Shown piece by piece: positions 9,419 through 22,280 of a stretch of DNA of 64,000 nt (positions are counted from its first letter, which is position 1; each line of letters begins with the position of its first letter). The notes under the pieces are model-generated. The model had not been told where the DNA came from. It made no database searches and saw only the letters and a program-made list of their open reading frames with translations. Where the stretch lies: sequence record PP777464.1. The stretch is one strand, 5' to 3'. The translations under genes and the position numbers were made by a program.

Positions 9419-9801
9419 TGAAATACTGCATTGAAGTACATTACACTACAGGTGATACTGAAAATTGTTATGACGTTCTTAATACAATTGATATTCAATG
9501 GTCTTCTAAAGAGGAAGCAGTTGCTGCTTTACAGTGCCTAAAAGAGCATTGGGTGTTTTATATGAAGCAAGATAATTGCTATACAAAAGAACACGAAACG
9601 ATCATGGAAAATGCTAAACAAAAAGAGTGGTTTGACCCAATATCACCAGCATATTCATTCTTGGTTAAAGTTGGTGATGTGACAGTTCCATTACGAACAC
9701 CGTGGAACGGCTACTTTGAAACTCTTCATAATGCACGAGTTGTCGCTGTTGATAACCCTGAACAAATCGATTTCGATTCATTGGACTGGAAAAAACTATG
9801 A
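9418..9801 (+). CDS. hypothetical protein
   Basis: Coupled ORF. Confidence 0.7.
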   Translation: MKYCIEVHYTTGDTENCYDVLNTIDIQWSSKEEAVAALQCLKEHWVFYMKQDNCYTKEHETIMENAKQKEWFDPISPAYSFLVKVGDVTVPLRTPWNGYFETLHNARVVAVDNPEQIDFDSLDWKKL

Positions 9802-10241
9802 CAGTACTGCACCGATTGAAGAAGGTTAAGCATCCAGTTGTATATGAGGACTGGAAACGACAGAAGTTGCTGGGTGATTTTTATTACCCAAAATCTAAAG
9901 TTCTTGCGAATTCAAGATGTACATATTGCACACATAATGATAAAGATACAGTATTTGTTGAAATGGGTTTCCATCCATCAAACACAATGTTCACTACTAA
10001 CCAAACGTTTTACAAATTTCATATACAAAAAGATTCATTTACTGTTATGATTATAAAACATTTAGTTGAAGATCTGGCATTCAGTGAAGAACGAGTACCT
10101 TTATCATTAGTGGATATTCCTTATAATAATTTAGAGGAAATGTACTTCCAACAGTTGACAGTACAAGAAAACTTTGGTATGATAGGACTTCAAGAGTTAG
10201 AGATGATTAAGCAAATTCGTGATATCTACTTTAAGGAGTAA
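9798..10241 (+). CDS. EExxFQxS family protein
   Basis: NLEEMYFQQLTVQEN. Confidence 0.75.
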   Translation: MTVLHRLKKVKHPVVYEDWKRQKLLGDFYYPKSKVLANSRCTYCTHNDKDTVFVEMGFHPSNTMFTTNQTFYKFHIQKDSFTVMIIKHLVEDLAFSEERVPLSLVDIPYNNLEEMYFQQLTVQENFGMIGLQELEMIKQIRDIYFKE

Positions 10242-10243
10242 CT

Positions 10244-10387
10244 ATGCCAGTACGTAACAGTACTTCACGCTTTACGCTTCAACAGAAAGCAGATCTTTTG
10301 AATATGGCAAACAAAGATTCTAATTTTCACTATCTAGTACTCGGTGGTTCAGTTGAAAAGATTGACCTACGTGAGTGTATGAAATAA
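10244..10387 (+). CDS. small hypothetical protein (47 aa)
   Basis: RBS AAGGAG; below ORF-track cutoff. Confidence 0.6.
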   Translation: MPVRNSTSRFTLQQKADLLNMANKDSNFHYLVLGGSVEKIDLRECMK

Positions 10388-10403
10388 CAAAAAGGGGACT
10401 AAA

Positions 10404-10574
10404 ATGAGTCTACGTGAATCATGGGAACAATTTAAAGAAGAGATTGGTTATCGTGGTGTCAAAATCGAACCAATCAATCGCACCGAAAGCATCAAAGCTA
10501 GTACTAATGGCACTACCTATGATCGTTATGATGAAAAGTATGGTTTACATTCTAAACCAAAGGATACTGAGTAA
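10404..10574 (+). CDS. small hypothetical protein (56 aa)
   Basis: RBS GGGGA. Confidence 0.6.
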   Translation: MSLRESWEQFKEEIGYRGVKIEPINRTESIKASTNGTTYDRYDEKYGLHSKPKDTE

Positions 10575-10717
10575 TGGTGTATACTAATATTTTTACTGGT
10601 ATTATGCGTAAGTTTGTTAATGGTATTGGATATGTATCCAATGACAACGGTAGTACATGGGTAAAAAATAATACGTCAGAATCTTTAGTGAAAAGTCTTC
10701 CGTATTATAAAGCTTGA
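10574..10717 (+). CDS. small hypothetical protein (47 aa)
   Basis: TAATG coupling. Confidence 0.5.
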   Translation: MVYTNIFTGIMRKFVNGIGYVSNDNGSTWVKNNTSESLVKSLPYYKA

Positions 10718-10747
10718 CACATGAAAATGGAGTATGTATAATACTCC
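10714..10747 (+). promoter_or_regulatory. sigma70 promoter with inverted repeat over -10
   Basis: TTGACA-N17-TATAAT; GGAGTAT-gtata-ATACTCC. Confidence 0.8.
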
Positions 10748-10774
10748 TATATTAATCAAATGAGGATATACGAA

Positions 10775-11347
10775 ATGGCTGGTGTTGATAAAATTTGTGA
10801 ATTCAGTGGCGATTATGAAGGTTACGAAATGTACAAGTCCAAGCGTAATCACATTCAAGTTCTGTCAAAGTACCGTAAAGAATTCCGAGGACACAAAGCA
10901 ACATTGTATGTTTTTGAGAATGGATATTCTGAAGTTTTCACAAGTGGTGGGTATAGTACAGCTAACATGGCACATATCAACCCAAACCCAACTGAAGATG
11001 ATTGGAATAGTGGTAACGCTTTTCGTATTTCAATTTTGAATAAAATGAATCGTTACGACCGTTATTGTACATTCTTTGAAAATATTTCAGAATACAAGCA
11101 AGCATTAAAGAAATATAATCAACGCTTACTAATGAATTATGATTACATTCTTCATGTTCCTACTGTTCCGGGTCAGGTTAATGGTCTGTACACAAATAGT
11201 TCTCATGATTTAACTGCTGTGAAGCGTCGCCTCAAACGTATGTTGGGTTGTGGTAATTTAACAATCAAGGTTATGCGTAATGAATCAATGTATAACTTTT
11301 TAGATGTACTACACTACACATTGAAGGATAATAATGGAAACGATTAA
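10775..11347 (+). CDS. hypothetical protein
   Basis: RBS GAGGA 8 nt before ATG 10775. Confidence 0.75.
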   Translation: MAGVDKICEFSGDYEGYEMYKSKRNHIQVLSKYRKEFRGHKATLYVFENGYSEVFTSGGYSTANMAHINPNPTEDDWNSGNAFRISILNKMNRYDRYCTFFENISEYKQALKKYNQRLLMNYDYILHVPTVPGQVNGLYTNSSHDLTAVKRRLKRMLGCGNLTIKVMRNESMYNFLDVLHYTLKDNNGND

Positions 11348-11531
11348 GTTTATGTTTGAGGTGTTTGTTGCATTCATCTTATGTACAGTGTCTATTGCTA
11401 TTGCTTTAATCCCAGTAATCGTTTACCAAGTTAATGGTGGCACAGATCCAACCGTTGATATGTTTCTTCGTTGTGTTGGATTCTGCATATGGTTGGCGAT
11501 GTTTATGTACTATATGCATCGTGAGGATTGA
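11334..11531 (+). CDS. small membrane protein (2 TM)
   Basis: Hydrophobic ORF, RBS AAGGA. Confidence 0.7.
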   Translation: METIKFMFEVFVAFILCTVSIAIALIPVIVYQVNGGTDPTVDMFLRCVGFCIWLAMFMYYMHRED

Positions 11532-12364
11532 TTATGTCATTGGAAAAAGTAATTATTTCTGAATTCCGAAAGTACATCATTGATTGTGATAGAGATACCC
11601 AGCGTAAGTTTAATGAGTATCTTGACAAATATCCATATTTGATGTTTAATCCATTTGAAACTCAATCCGATGTTAATCTTGGATTTTACATTGGGTTTAC
11701 ACAACGAATTCTACAACAATATGAGATGAAACAGCCAGAGGTTTGGGTAGAAACTGATTCGAATGAGACGAATGTTTTTTATCTGTACTCTTATTATGCG
11801 GAAATTGTTAGTTCAATGACGCTAGAAGGGTATCTATTCGTCAAAACATCTGATATTGAAAAAATATACATAGAACCTGTATCTTTGGATATGGTTGCCC
11901 AGCTTCCAACAGTCCAATATTTGGATGCAAATGAGTTGACATATTCGGTGTTTGAGTACCTTAACCGAGACGATTTAACTCAAGAAATTGAGAATATGGT
12001 TTCAAAATATACCACAACTCTTATATCTAATGGTTCACTTAGGATAGAACTGATTTACGACGATACTAGTACTAATGCAGTACGAGGAACTCGAATTGGA
12101 AAAGTTACTATACGTGTTGTCCACAATGATGTAGTACTTGGTTATATTTCGAAACGTGGTCATGACTTGTGTTTGATTAACACATATGTTATTGAACGAA
12201 AAGAATGGAACGATTTAATGCAAAAAATCGTAGACGGAAGTGGAATTCGTGATATAATGTGTAATGAGGTAGTGACAATTAATCCTGACATTGACTGTGA
12301 TGTATATTTCCCAGTTCCTGGATTTACTCTACGTAATTTTGGTACATTAAAGGGTACAAAATGA
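11528..12364 (+). CDS. hypothetical protein
   Basis: 278-aa ORF. Confidence 0.75.
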   Translation: MIMSLEKVIISEFRKYIIDCDRDTQRKFNEYLDKYPYLMFNPFETQSDVNLGFYIGFTQRILQQYEMKQPEVWVETDSNETNVFYLYSYYAEIVSSMTLEGYLFVKTSDIEKIYIEPVSLDMVAQLPTVQYLDANELTYSVFEYLNRDDLTQEIENMVSKYTTTLISNGSLRIELIYDDTSTNAVRGTRIGKVTIRVVHNDVVLGYISKRGHDLCLINTYVIERKEWNDLMQKIVDGSGIRDIMCNEVVTINPDIDCDVYFPVPGFTLRNFGTLKGTK

Positions 12365-12651
12365 AAATTTTAGAAGTCTTACTTGAAAAGGATGCATCTG
12401 GCACACTTTATGTTGGTAATGAGTTTAGTCCTGATCCAATTGATATGATGCAGCGTATTCAAACACTGACCCAATCAATTTCAGTTAAACAACCTTTCCT
12501 AAAAGAATTAGAAATTCACTGCGATAAAGATATGGAACAACATGATAATGTTATTTCTGATATCAAAAGTCTATTGACAAAGAATGGATATGTGGAGTAT
12601 AATCCTTCTATCGTAATCGTTATCCCTGACTTTATGAAAGGAACATTGTAA
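12361..12651 (+). CDS. hypothetical protein
   Basis: Coupled ORF. Confidence 0.7.
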   Translation: MKILEVLLEKDASGTLYVGNEFSPDPIDMMQRIQTLTQSISVKQPFLKELEIHCDKDMEQHDNVISDIKSLLTKNGYVEYNPSIVIVIPDFMKGTL

Positions 12652-12920
12652 TGACTAAAGAAGAAATGAAATCTCGCCTAAGCGAACTTAAGAAAGAACG
12701 AAAACTAGTCCGTTTGGACTGGGACATTCTTAACAAAAAAGATGAGCAATCATATGCTAACTGGAGTTCCGATAAAGTTCGCAATGACCGTTCCAAAGAA
12801 GACGCTAAACAGTTTATGGCATTGACCAAACGTTTATCTTCACTGAATAGTGAAATTACAGGTCTTCAAAAGGAAATTATTTCAATTCTTCAAGTGGAGA
12901 TCAACTCACTGTATGAATAA
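12651..12920 (+). CDS. coiled-coil hypothetical protein
   Basis: Heptad-rich charged sequence. Confidence 0.7.
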   Translation: MTKEEMKSRLSELKKERKLVRLDWDILNKKDEQSYANWSSDKVRNDRSKEDAKQFMALTKRLSSLNSEITGLQKEIISILQVEINSLYE

Positions 12921-13209
12921 ACATGAAGTGATTCATTTTGATGGTAAGATTTATGTACCAAACAATGATAGTACTGAATCTTATTATCTAATCAATGCAA
13001 TTATGTCAGAAACACAAACATGTTGCCGTCAGCGTCCAGGTGAGTATGAGTTCAGTCAGACCATTGGTTATTATCGTTATACTGAACTTGATAAATTTAC
13101 AATCGATTCTAAAAAAGTTATTGACGTTCTCACGAAGAACGGATATAATGAATCCGAATCAAACGAAACAGAGTTACCAGTCGTGAAATTTGTTCTAAAA
13201 AATAATTAA
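12913..13209 (+). CDS. hypothetical protein
   Basis: Start reassigned to ATG 12913. Confidence 0.65.
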   Translation: MNKHEVIHFDGKIYVPNNDSTESYYLINAIMSETQTCCRQRPGEYEFSQTIGYYRYTELDKFTIDSKKVIDVLTKNGYNESESNETELPVVKFVLKNN

Positions 13210-13326
13210 TTTTTTGGACAACGCTGAAAAGCATGATATAATGTATATTATCGGCAGATGTAAAAATGCAAACCATTCCTCAATGATGAGGGTTTTTCAT
13301 AAAAAAGAAATAAAAGGGTATTAAAA

Positions 13327-13536
13327 ATGGCTAAAGAAACTAACGCACAAGTACTAGATATCACCGACTTCGACCGCACTGTGAACTACATTCAGTTCCA
13401 GATTCATCAAGCTGAAGAAGCTCTCGCAGTATTCCACGGTACTGGTGCAAGGCCAATCCGTTTTGCTCATCTAATTGCATGGAAGAAAAGTCTACAAGAA
13501 GAACTTTCTGAACTGCGTAAAGCAAACCGTAAGTAA
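13327..13536 (+). CDS. hypothetical protein with own promoter and terminator
   Basis: Upstream TGA-TATAAT; downstream hairpin + T-run. Confidence 0.75.
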   Translation: MAKETNAQVLDITDFDRTVNYIQFQIHQAEEALAVFHGTGARPIRFAHLIAWKKSLQEELSELRKANRK

Positions 13537-13601
13537 TTGATTTCCCGCCTCATCAATGTTGATGGGGCTTTTTTAATAAAATACAAACTGAGGATATATT
13601 A

Positions 13602-14108
13602 ATGAGTGTTGAATATTGGTTTTTGTTTATATGTCTTGGTACACTAGTACTGATTACATTGGGCTTAATCTTCAATACGGTAATCAGTGGTAGTAATTAC
13701 TTCAAGTCCTTTCAACTTCTAATGTCAGCTATGCAGTACAGTGACGAGGCAGAAGAAACCACTACGTTGATTTTGAATAAACTTGAAGCTAACTTACTGG
13801 TTGCTAAAATTTCTTCGTGTAATACAAATATTGTATTTTATGCATCACCCGTGGACCTTAATGGGTACGAAATGAGTTACCAGCCAGCCGTTGCTGAAAT
13901 TTTTATTGGTTCTAAGTATTATGCATATGGATATATCCGAAAGTATTATACTGAAGCAAAAGCCGAGCTAACAAAGAAACGACCGTCAATTAAGACATTA
14001 AAGCGTATCATCGCACTAGAAAAGAAACTACGAGGTGACGTGACAAAAAATGATTCACCCACTGTAGTAAATACAAAGAAAAAAAATAACGTAGTGGAGT
14101 TGGATTAA
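13602..14108 (+). CDS. membrane-anchored hypothetical protein
   Basis: N-terminal TM; RBS GAGGA. Confidence 0.75.
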   Translation: MSVEYWFLFICLGTLVLITLGLIFNTVISGSNYFKSFQLLMSAMQYSDEAEETTTLILNKLEANLLVAKISSCNTNIVFYASPVDLNGYEMSYQPAVAEIFIGSKYYAYGYIRKYYTEAKAELTKKRPSIKTLKRIIALEKKLRGDVTKNDSPTVVNTKKKNNVVELD

Positions 14109-14413
14109 TGGACGCAGATAAATCAAACAGTATTCTTATTGATGTACAAACGAAGTTATTAGATGTTATGGAAATCATCAAAGATTTACCACAAGGATAT
14201 CAGTTTAAAGTTCGTGAAATGTTATCTTGTGCAGAAACTGTTGTGTCTATGTACAATGATGTGCAGCATGGAATTATCCCTGAAATTCTTCAAGATGGTC
14301 TAAATATTAACACAAAGATTCCAGCACAAGAGCCTGAAGAGGTTGTTCAGTCTGAACCAGAACCTCCCATACGTAAAGTACTGGATCTGTCTGGCATCAA
14401 AATTAACATCTAA
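14108..14413 (+). CDS. hypothetical protein
   Basis: TAATG coupling. Confidence 0.7.
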   Translation: MDADKSNSILIDVQTKLLDVMEIIKDLPQGYQFKVREMLSCAETVVSMYNDVQHGIIPEILQDGLNINTKIPAQEPEEVVQSEPEPPIRKVLDLSGIKINI

Positions 14414-14435
14414 AATACATTCAATAGGAGAAGTA

Positions 14436-14585
14436 ATGAGTAATCAAAAAATCGACTTAGTAGTAAAACTTCAAGAGATTCAAGCACTAGCTAAAGAACT
14501 TGATGAAAAACGTGCAGCAGCAGTTGATTCACTGTGTGCAACAATTCTGACTGTTTTTGCAGATTACGAAAAGAAATCTGATTAA
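14436..14585 (+). CDS. small helical protein (49 aa)
   Basis: RBS AGGAG before ATG 14436. Confidence 0.65.
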   Translation: MSNQKIDLVVKLQEIQALAKELDEKRAAAVDSLCATILTVFADYEKKSD

Positions 14586-14595
14586 ACATTACTTT

Positions 14596-14625
14596 ATGCC
14601 CAGTCTAGTACTGGGTATTTTTTTA
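14596..14625 (+). terminator. intrinsic terminator containing AGTACT
   Basis: tgcccagt-ctagt-actgggta+TTTTTT. Confidence 0.7.
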
Positions 14626-14635
14626 AGGAAATAAA

Positions 14636-15028
14636 ATGACTGAATCTGAACTACGTGAAATGATAGATTTCATTTATGAAATGGTACAAGATAAAAATAA
14701 CATCAATACAATTGCATCTGGTCCAAGACAAATTGGTAACCAAATAACATATTCTTTGTCCTTATGGTTACACCCGTGCATTAAGGTTGATTGTTTGTAT
14801 TTCCGTCCTGATATTGATGCTTATTATTTTGTCAATCATGATGCATTAATGAAACCAAATAAGCGTCCAGTTGATGATGCCTTTGTGACGCACCCATTTT
14901 ATCTGGCTGATTCCGAAGAAGATGAGTTTCAAAAGAACACAACGTTAAGCCCAGGTGAAATTTGCATCCCTTATGAACTAAAAGATAAAATGATTTACAT
15001 CACAGAAGTTATGAAAACATGCTGGTAA
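14636..15028 (+). CDS. EExxFQxS family protein (divergent)
   Basis: SEEDEFQKNTTL. Confidence 0.7.
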   Translation: MTESELREMIDFIYEMVQDKNNINTIASGPRQIGNQITYSLSLWLHPCIKVDCLYFRPDIDAYYFVNHDALMKPNKRPVDDAFVTHPFYLADSEEDEFQKNTTLSPGEICIPYELKDKMIYITEVMKTCW

Positions 15029-15075
15029 GTGCAATGAAACTCTGATATAATACTATGACTTACTAAGGAGAACAT

Positions 15076-15645
15076 ATGCACTTTATTAAATTCAACTCAT
15101 CTGAGTCAGAAGCATACTTTAATACAAATAATAAATTTAATATTATTCTTAAAGACGGAACGGTTGTTATCGGAGTATCATTGCTTTCATTTGATGGCGA
15201 AAAACTCAAAACTGTTTATAAATTCACCAATCTTGATGGTGATTACTGGGATACGTCAGATGTATCTAAAATTTGCACACATTATGTATTTGAATCTATT
15301 GAAGTTGGTGATGGCTGGGCATTGACCTGTAATGGTAATAAAGTATTTTCTGGTAACATATTTGGGGTAATTTCCAGTAAAGAAATCGTAGACCATCATC
15401 TTCATGTTCTCAATAATAACGCCAACACTTATACACCTGATAATATCAAAATTCACGATATTGTAACATATACTGATTATAATGGTTTCAGACATAAAGC
15501 AATTGTAACTGAAGTTAAAAAACCAAAAAATTATTTCGACCACGGTTTAATTGAAGTATATATGGTAGGTGGAGAAAAACAATACTTTGATCATTTCACT
15601 TATACTGGTTGGGATAGATTCCTAACCGTTGTTGAGGAATACTAA
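15076..15645 (+). CDS. hypothetical protein
   Basis: RBS AAGGAG; upstream TATAAT. Confidence 0.75.
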   Translation: MHFIKFNSSESEAYFNTNNKFNIILKDGTVVIGVSLLSFDGEKLKTVYKFTNLDGDYWDTSDVSKICTHYVFESIEVGDGWALTCNGNKVFSGNIFGVISSKEIVDHHLHVLNNNANTYTPDNIKIHDIVTYTDYNGFRHKAIVTEVKKPKNYFDHGLIEVYMVGGEKQYFDHFTYTGWDRFLTVVEEY

Positions 15646-15646
15646 C

Positions 15647-16135
15647 ATGCCGATTCGTGGTGTACCAGAACCATTAATGGAAGTTATTAAGCATGTTCGC
15701 ATTGGAGATCGAGAAGTTAATCTGCGACGTGGTAATATATATTACTTTAAAACTTCAGAAATGAGTTCTGTGCAGATTGTCATTGGTACATCTATTATGA
15801 TTACTCGCGTACTTGATGGTAGTACTGACTTCGTTGGATACAATGTACTTACTAATAAAGTAACACATACATATAAATGGAGTGGATATAAAACTATTAA
15901 GTACGAGTTTGACTTAGCTAGAACTGAAGAAGAACGATTTATGCTGAGTACTATCAATCCAGCAAACTATCCAGATCTTGATGCATTTTTGCTAATTTTA
16001 AAATTGTATAATGAAGCAAATCAGAAAGCTAAAGAGTATGATAGAATCATGTATGAACGCCGAAAAGAACGTGCACAAAAAAGTTATGATCTGTATGATA
16101 GCCCATACGTGAAATATAGTAAGGGGTCGAAATGA
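15647..16135 (+). CDS. EExxFQxS family protein
   Basis: RTEEERFMLSTIN; RBS GAGGA. Confidence 0.75.
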   Translation: MPIRGVPEPLMEVIKHVRIGDREVNLRRGNIYYFKTSEMSSVQIVIGTSIMITRVLDGSTDFVGYNVLTNKVTHTYKWSGYKTIKYEFDLARTEEERFMLSTINPANYPDLDAFLLILKLYNEANQKAKEYDRIMYERRKERAQKSYDLYDSPYVKYSKGSK

Positions 16136-16536
16136 ATAAAGAAGTTCAAATTATCATAACTCCACCTATACAAAGTCTGGATGTATCCATTAGTGATTTT
16201 TTGGAAAAATACTATGAATGGTTTAATGAAGATTCAGTAATTTATAACCATTCATTACCTGATGGTTTCGTTGAGCTTATTGAATTAAATGCCAAATCAC
16301 TATACTTCTGTGTTGAATACAATGATTATATGACAGATGAAGCATATCGTTTTCGTTGTACATTGTATCCTAACCATTTTTCCATTGGTTATAAAGACTA
16401 TCAGTACTGCACCACAAACTATAGTGTAGAGGAAGAATTTCAGTACAATTTACTTTATCCTGATTTAGATTATACGATTGCAGTACTGTTGACTAAAATC
16501 ATGGATTTTTATAAAGATAAATATAATGCAGCCTAA
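16132..16536 (+). CDS. EExxFQxS family protein
   Basis: SVEEEFQYNLLYPD. Confidence 0.7.
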   Translation: MNKEVQIIITPPIQSLDVSISDFLEKYYEWFNEDSVIYNHSLPDGFVELIELNAKSLYFCVEYNDYMTDEAYRFRCTLYPNHFSIGYKDYQYCTTNYSVEEEFQYNLLYPDLDYTIAVLLTKIMDFYKDKYNAA

Positions 16537-16711
16537 GACATTTGATGAGTGGTTTAATCTACACTATAATATAAATGCAGCAGATATATACTATTTTAAG
16601 CTTGAATTGTATATATCATTGCGTAACCCAATCGAGTACTATAACAACATCATCAATTGTGATGATTTTGGTACATATTTTAGTATAGCAGTCATGGACA
16701 AAATAAGATGA
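16526..16711 (+). CDS. small protein, distant MTHEEW family member
   Basis: KTFDEWFN N-terminus. Confidence 0.6.
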   Translation: MQPKTFDEWFNLHYNINAADIYYFKLELYISLRNPIEYYNNIINCDDFGTYFSIAVMDKIR

Positions 16712-16878
16712 CACACAAAGAATGGTTAGATGAACTAAAATTTAAACATAATCCTTTTGGTTTTGGTATACGCCAAGGTCATTATGATGTGTTAAAAGAT
16801 AAACAACTTTTCAAATCATTTGTACTTGATGAGGATAGTAATCACTGGTACATCTATGAGCTTGCAATTAGGAAATAG
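16708..16878 (+). CDS. MTHEEW family microprotein (56 aa)
   Basis: MTHKEWLDELKFKHNPF...; ATGA coupling. Confidence 0.65.
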   Translation: MTHKEWLDELKFKHNPFGFGIRQGHYDVLKDKQLFKSFVLDEDSNHWYIYELAIRK

Positions 16879-16888
16879 AAGATATAGT

Positions 16889-17242
<354 letters not shown>

Positions 17243-17250
17243 AATCCAAA

Positions 17251-17448
17251 GTGACTAAAGCAGAACTTGTAGCATTATTGGAATCATATCCCGATGATGC
17301 ATGTATTGAAGTTGTTCATAGTGCGAGACATTTTGACATTGAAGATGTAGTACGTTATAATGACAAAGGTGTACTCATCATGGAACTATGTATTGGTGAA
17401 ATGAAAACTGTACCCGAATCAGAAAAACGTAAAAATAGTAAACCGTAA
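17251..17448 (+). CDS. hypothetical protein
   Basis: GTG start, RBS GAGGA; N-terminus similar to 20887 and 21301. Confidence 0.7.
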   Translation: MTKAELVALLESYPDDACIEVVHSARHFDIEDVVRYNDKGVLIMELCIGEMKTVPESEKRKNSKP

Positions 17449-17458
17449 GGAAAATAAA

Positions 17459-17677
17459 ATGGAATCTACTCTATTAGAAGTTATTAACTCATTAAACGCT
17501 GGTGACAATGTACAAGTACTCCTTCAGGGATACCGTGTAAAAGGTTCAGTAGTTTTAGTTAATGACACCACTGTTGTTGTAACTGAAACTAACCCGTTTG
17601 ACAGTAATGAACTTGCTAATATCCATATTGATATTAAAAGTATTATTGGTGTTGGTGTAACTAAACCACAAGAATAA
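17459..17677 (+). CDS. small beta-barrel (Sm/SH3-like pattern) hypothetical protein
   Basis: RBS AAGGA; alternating beta pattern GDNVQVLL...KGSVVLVND. Confidence 0.6.
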   Translation: MESTLLEVINSLNAGDNVQVLLQGYRVKGSVVLVNDTTVVVTETNPFDSNELANIHIDIKSIIGVGVTKPQE

Positions 17678-17698
17678 CAATTGTTATTGGGGATTACT

Positions 17699-17971
17699 AT
17701 GCATTTTGAAAAATTCAATACAAATCGTAACACACGCATTGACGTTCTTTATGAAACACAAGACTCAATAAGCATTCGTACACGTAGTGGTGATGTATAT
17801 CATGACTGTACTATTGGTTGGGAACAGGGAAGAACACGTAGTGCAAAATTCGATAACTATCGCTTCTACCAAGGGGACACCACAATCTGGCCTGAAGATG
17901 TAGAAGATATTGCGTTTGAAGATGAACATAAAGATGAATTTATAAAATTTAATCCCGAAACCGAATCATAA
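17699..17971 (+). CDS. hypothetical protein
   Basis: RBS GGGGA. Confidence 0.7.
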   Translation: MHFEKFNTNRNTRIDVLYETQDSISIRTRSGDVYHDCTIGWEQGRTRSAKFDNYRFYQGDTTIWPEDVEDIAFEDEHKDEFIKFNPETES

Positions 17972-17988
17972 ATATTGGAACAGACAAT

Positions 17989-18104
<116 letters not shown>

Positions 18105-18108
18105 AAAT

Positions 18109-18194
<86 letters not shown>

Positions 18195-18211
18195 CAATTA
18201 AAGGTTAAACC

Positions 18212-18372
<161 letters not shown>

Positions 18373-18376
<4 letters not shown>

Positions 18377-18533
18377 CACATGAAGAATGGATGAATGACA
18401 TTAATTTTAGATATTCGGGTATCGGTAAATGGCTAAAGTATCATTGGGAATTCATTTCAGAGCCGCATCTGTATGATAAACTTATCAACGATCCAGCATA
18501 TGAAATGTACTTAATTGAACTACTGGTACGAAT

Positions 18534-18537
<4 letters not shown>
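18373..18537 (+). CDS. MTHEEW family microprotein (54 aa)
   Basis: Recent paralogue of 18212; ATGA coupling. Confidence 0.7.
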
Positions 18538-18706
<169 letters not shown>

Positions 18707-18708
18707 AG

Positions 18709-19134
<426 letters not shown>

Positions 19135-19189
19135 CTAAATAGTTCAGTACCAAGGAGATTAATATGTTTAAAGATGAACGTCCAGATTT

Positions 19190-19230
<41 letters not shown>

Positions 19231-19236
19231 GAATTC

Positions 19237-19575
19237 CACAATCAGACGTATATGGTGTAAGTTACGTCGATGCAATCCAGAACAAGATCTCTGGTACTCT
19301 AGGAAGTGGTGAATGTTAACCTAGACGGGTTTGATAATTGGACGATAGGCAATTATTACTTGACTAGCAGGTTTAAACTAGAGGTGACTATCCTTCACCA
19401 AACTGGAAAACCGGATGGACTTTTATTTAAAAGGGTAAGGCGTGGAAATATGTTTACAGTAGTTGCTTTTAGTAGCCTGTACGCCCCACGTCAAGGTAGC
19501 CGAAAGGCAAGTTAAAACGGGTGGTTATAAAGCTTAATTAACAGCGGCGTTTAAAAGCGTCACCATCCATTTTTT
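19237..19575 (+). ncRNA. candidate structured ncRNA (~330 nt)
   Basis: Own promoter, many hairpins and long-range helices, T-run end, no convincing ORF. Confidence 0.5.
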
Positions 19576-19592
19576 TAATTAAAGTTGGTGAT

Positions 19593-20412
<820 letters not shown>

Positions 20413-20425
20413 ATAGGAAATTAAA

Positions 20426-20611
20426 ATGCAACTTTTAATTCTTTCAATATTGTATATTATTATAATGGTTCCGATATCAATACGTTTAATTACAGTTGAA
20501 CGATTTTTATCGAAACATGGAAATAGATCTATGATCTTTGTACCAATCGGGTTGATATTGTTTGGTATATTTTCATTTATAATGGGAATTAACGCTACAT
20601 TCATTTCATAG
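20426..20611 (+). CDS. small membrane protein (2 TM)
   Basis: Hydrophobic; RBS AGGA. Confidence 0.7.
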   Translation: MQLLILSILYIIIMVPISIRLITVERFLSKHGNRSMIFVPIGLILFGIFSFIMGINATFIS

Positions 20612-20620
20612 GAAACAAAT

Positions 20621-20878
<258 letters not shown>

Positions 20879-20886
20879 GAATTTAA

Positions 20887-21288
20887 ATGAAAAAGAATGA
20901 CTTGATCAAAATGCTTCAAGAGATTGACGGCAATCCAGAGATTGTTATTTGGAATGGATATGTCGATGATTATATGAACATCGAAAAAGGCTTGACTAAA
21001 ATCACTCTAGTCAAAGAAACTGAACAGTTCCTTCTGGAAGCATTAGTGCACGAATGGTGCAAACGTAACAATACATTCGACATTCCAGAAGATCAACGAA
21101 CTAAGATTGCAGAACAAGCTAAAAAACTTCATAAGAAACGTGAATACGATTTCCAGAACCCACATGTTACTGAAGACGAATTCAATCACTGGTACGGTAA
21201 AAAGAAATTGACAAAATATGTCATTTCACCTAAACTACGTGGTAAGACTTCACTTGGTGTCTTCAACGCCGCTGACTTAAACTACTAG
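20887..21288 (+). CDS. hypothetical protein
   Basis: MKKNDLIKMLQ N-terminus. Confidence 0.75.
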   Translation: MKKNDLIKMLQEIDGNPEIVIWNGYVDDYMNIEKGLTKITLVKETEQFLLEALVHEWCKRNNTFDIPEDQRTKIAEQAKKLHKKREYDFQNPHVTEDEFNHWYGKKKLTKYVISPKLRGKTSLGVFNAADLNY

Positions 21289-21297
21289 CGGGTATTA

Positions 21298-21847
<550 letters not shown>

Positions 21848-21849
21848 TA

Positions 21850-22052
<203 letters not shown>

Positions 22053-22103
22053 GCCTCCCCTCAATGCGAAAGAGTATAGAGACTTGTTGGTTATCTTACT
22101 TCT

Positions 22104-22186
<83 letters not shown>

Positions 22187-22189
22187 TCA

Positions 22190-22265
<76 letters not shown>

Positions 22266-22280
22266 AAATAAAGGCACACT

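Noticed and set aside
19306-19515. ORF-track CDS of 69 aa
   Set aside because: GTG start too close to its only RBS-like word; lies within a heavily base-paired region. Treated as probably spurious.
19237-19575. tmRNA, RNase P RNA or tracrRNA identity for the structured region
   Set aside because: No tRNA-like acceptor/T-arm with CCA and no GAGGAAAGUCC/P4 elements; AAGTTAAAA resembles a tracrRNA word but there is no repeat or cas gene.
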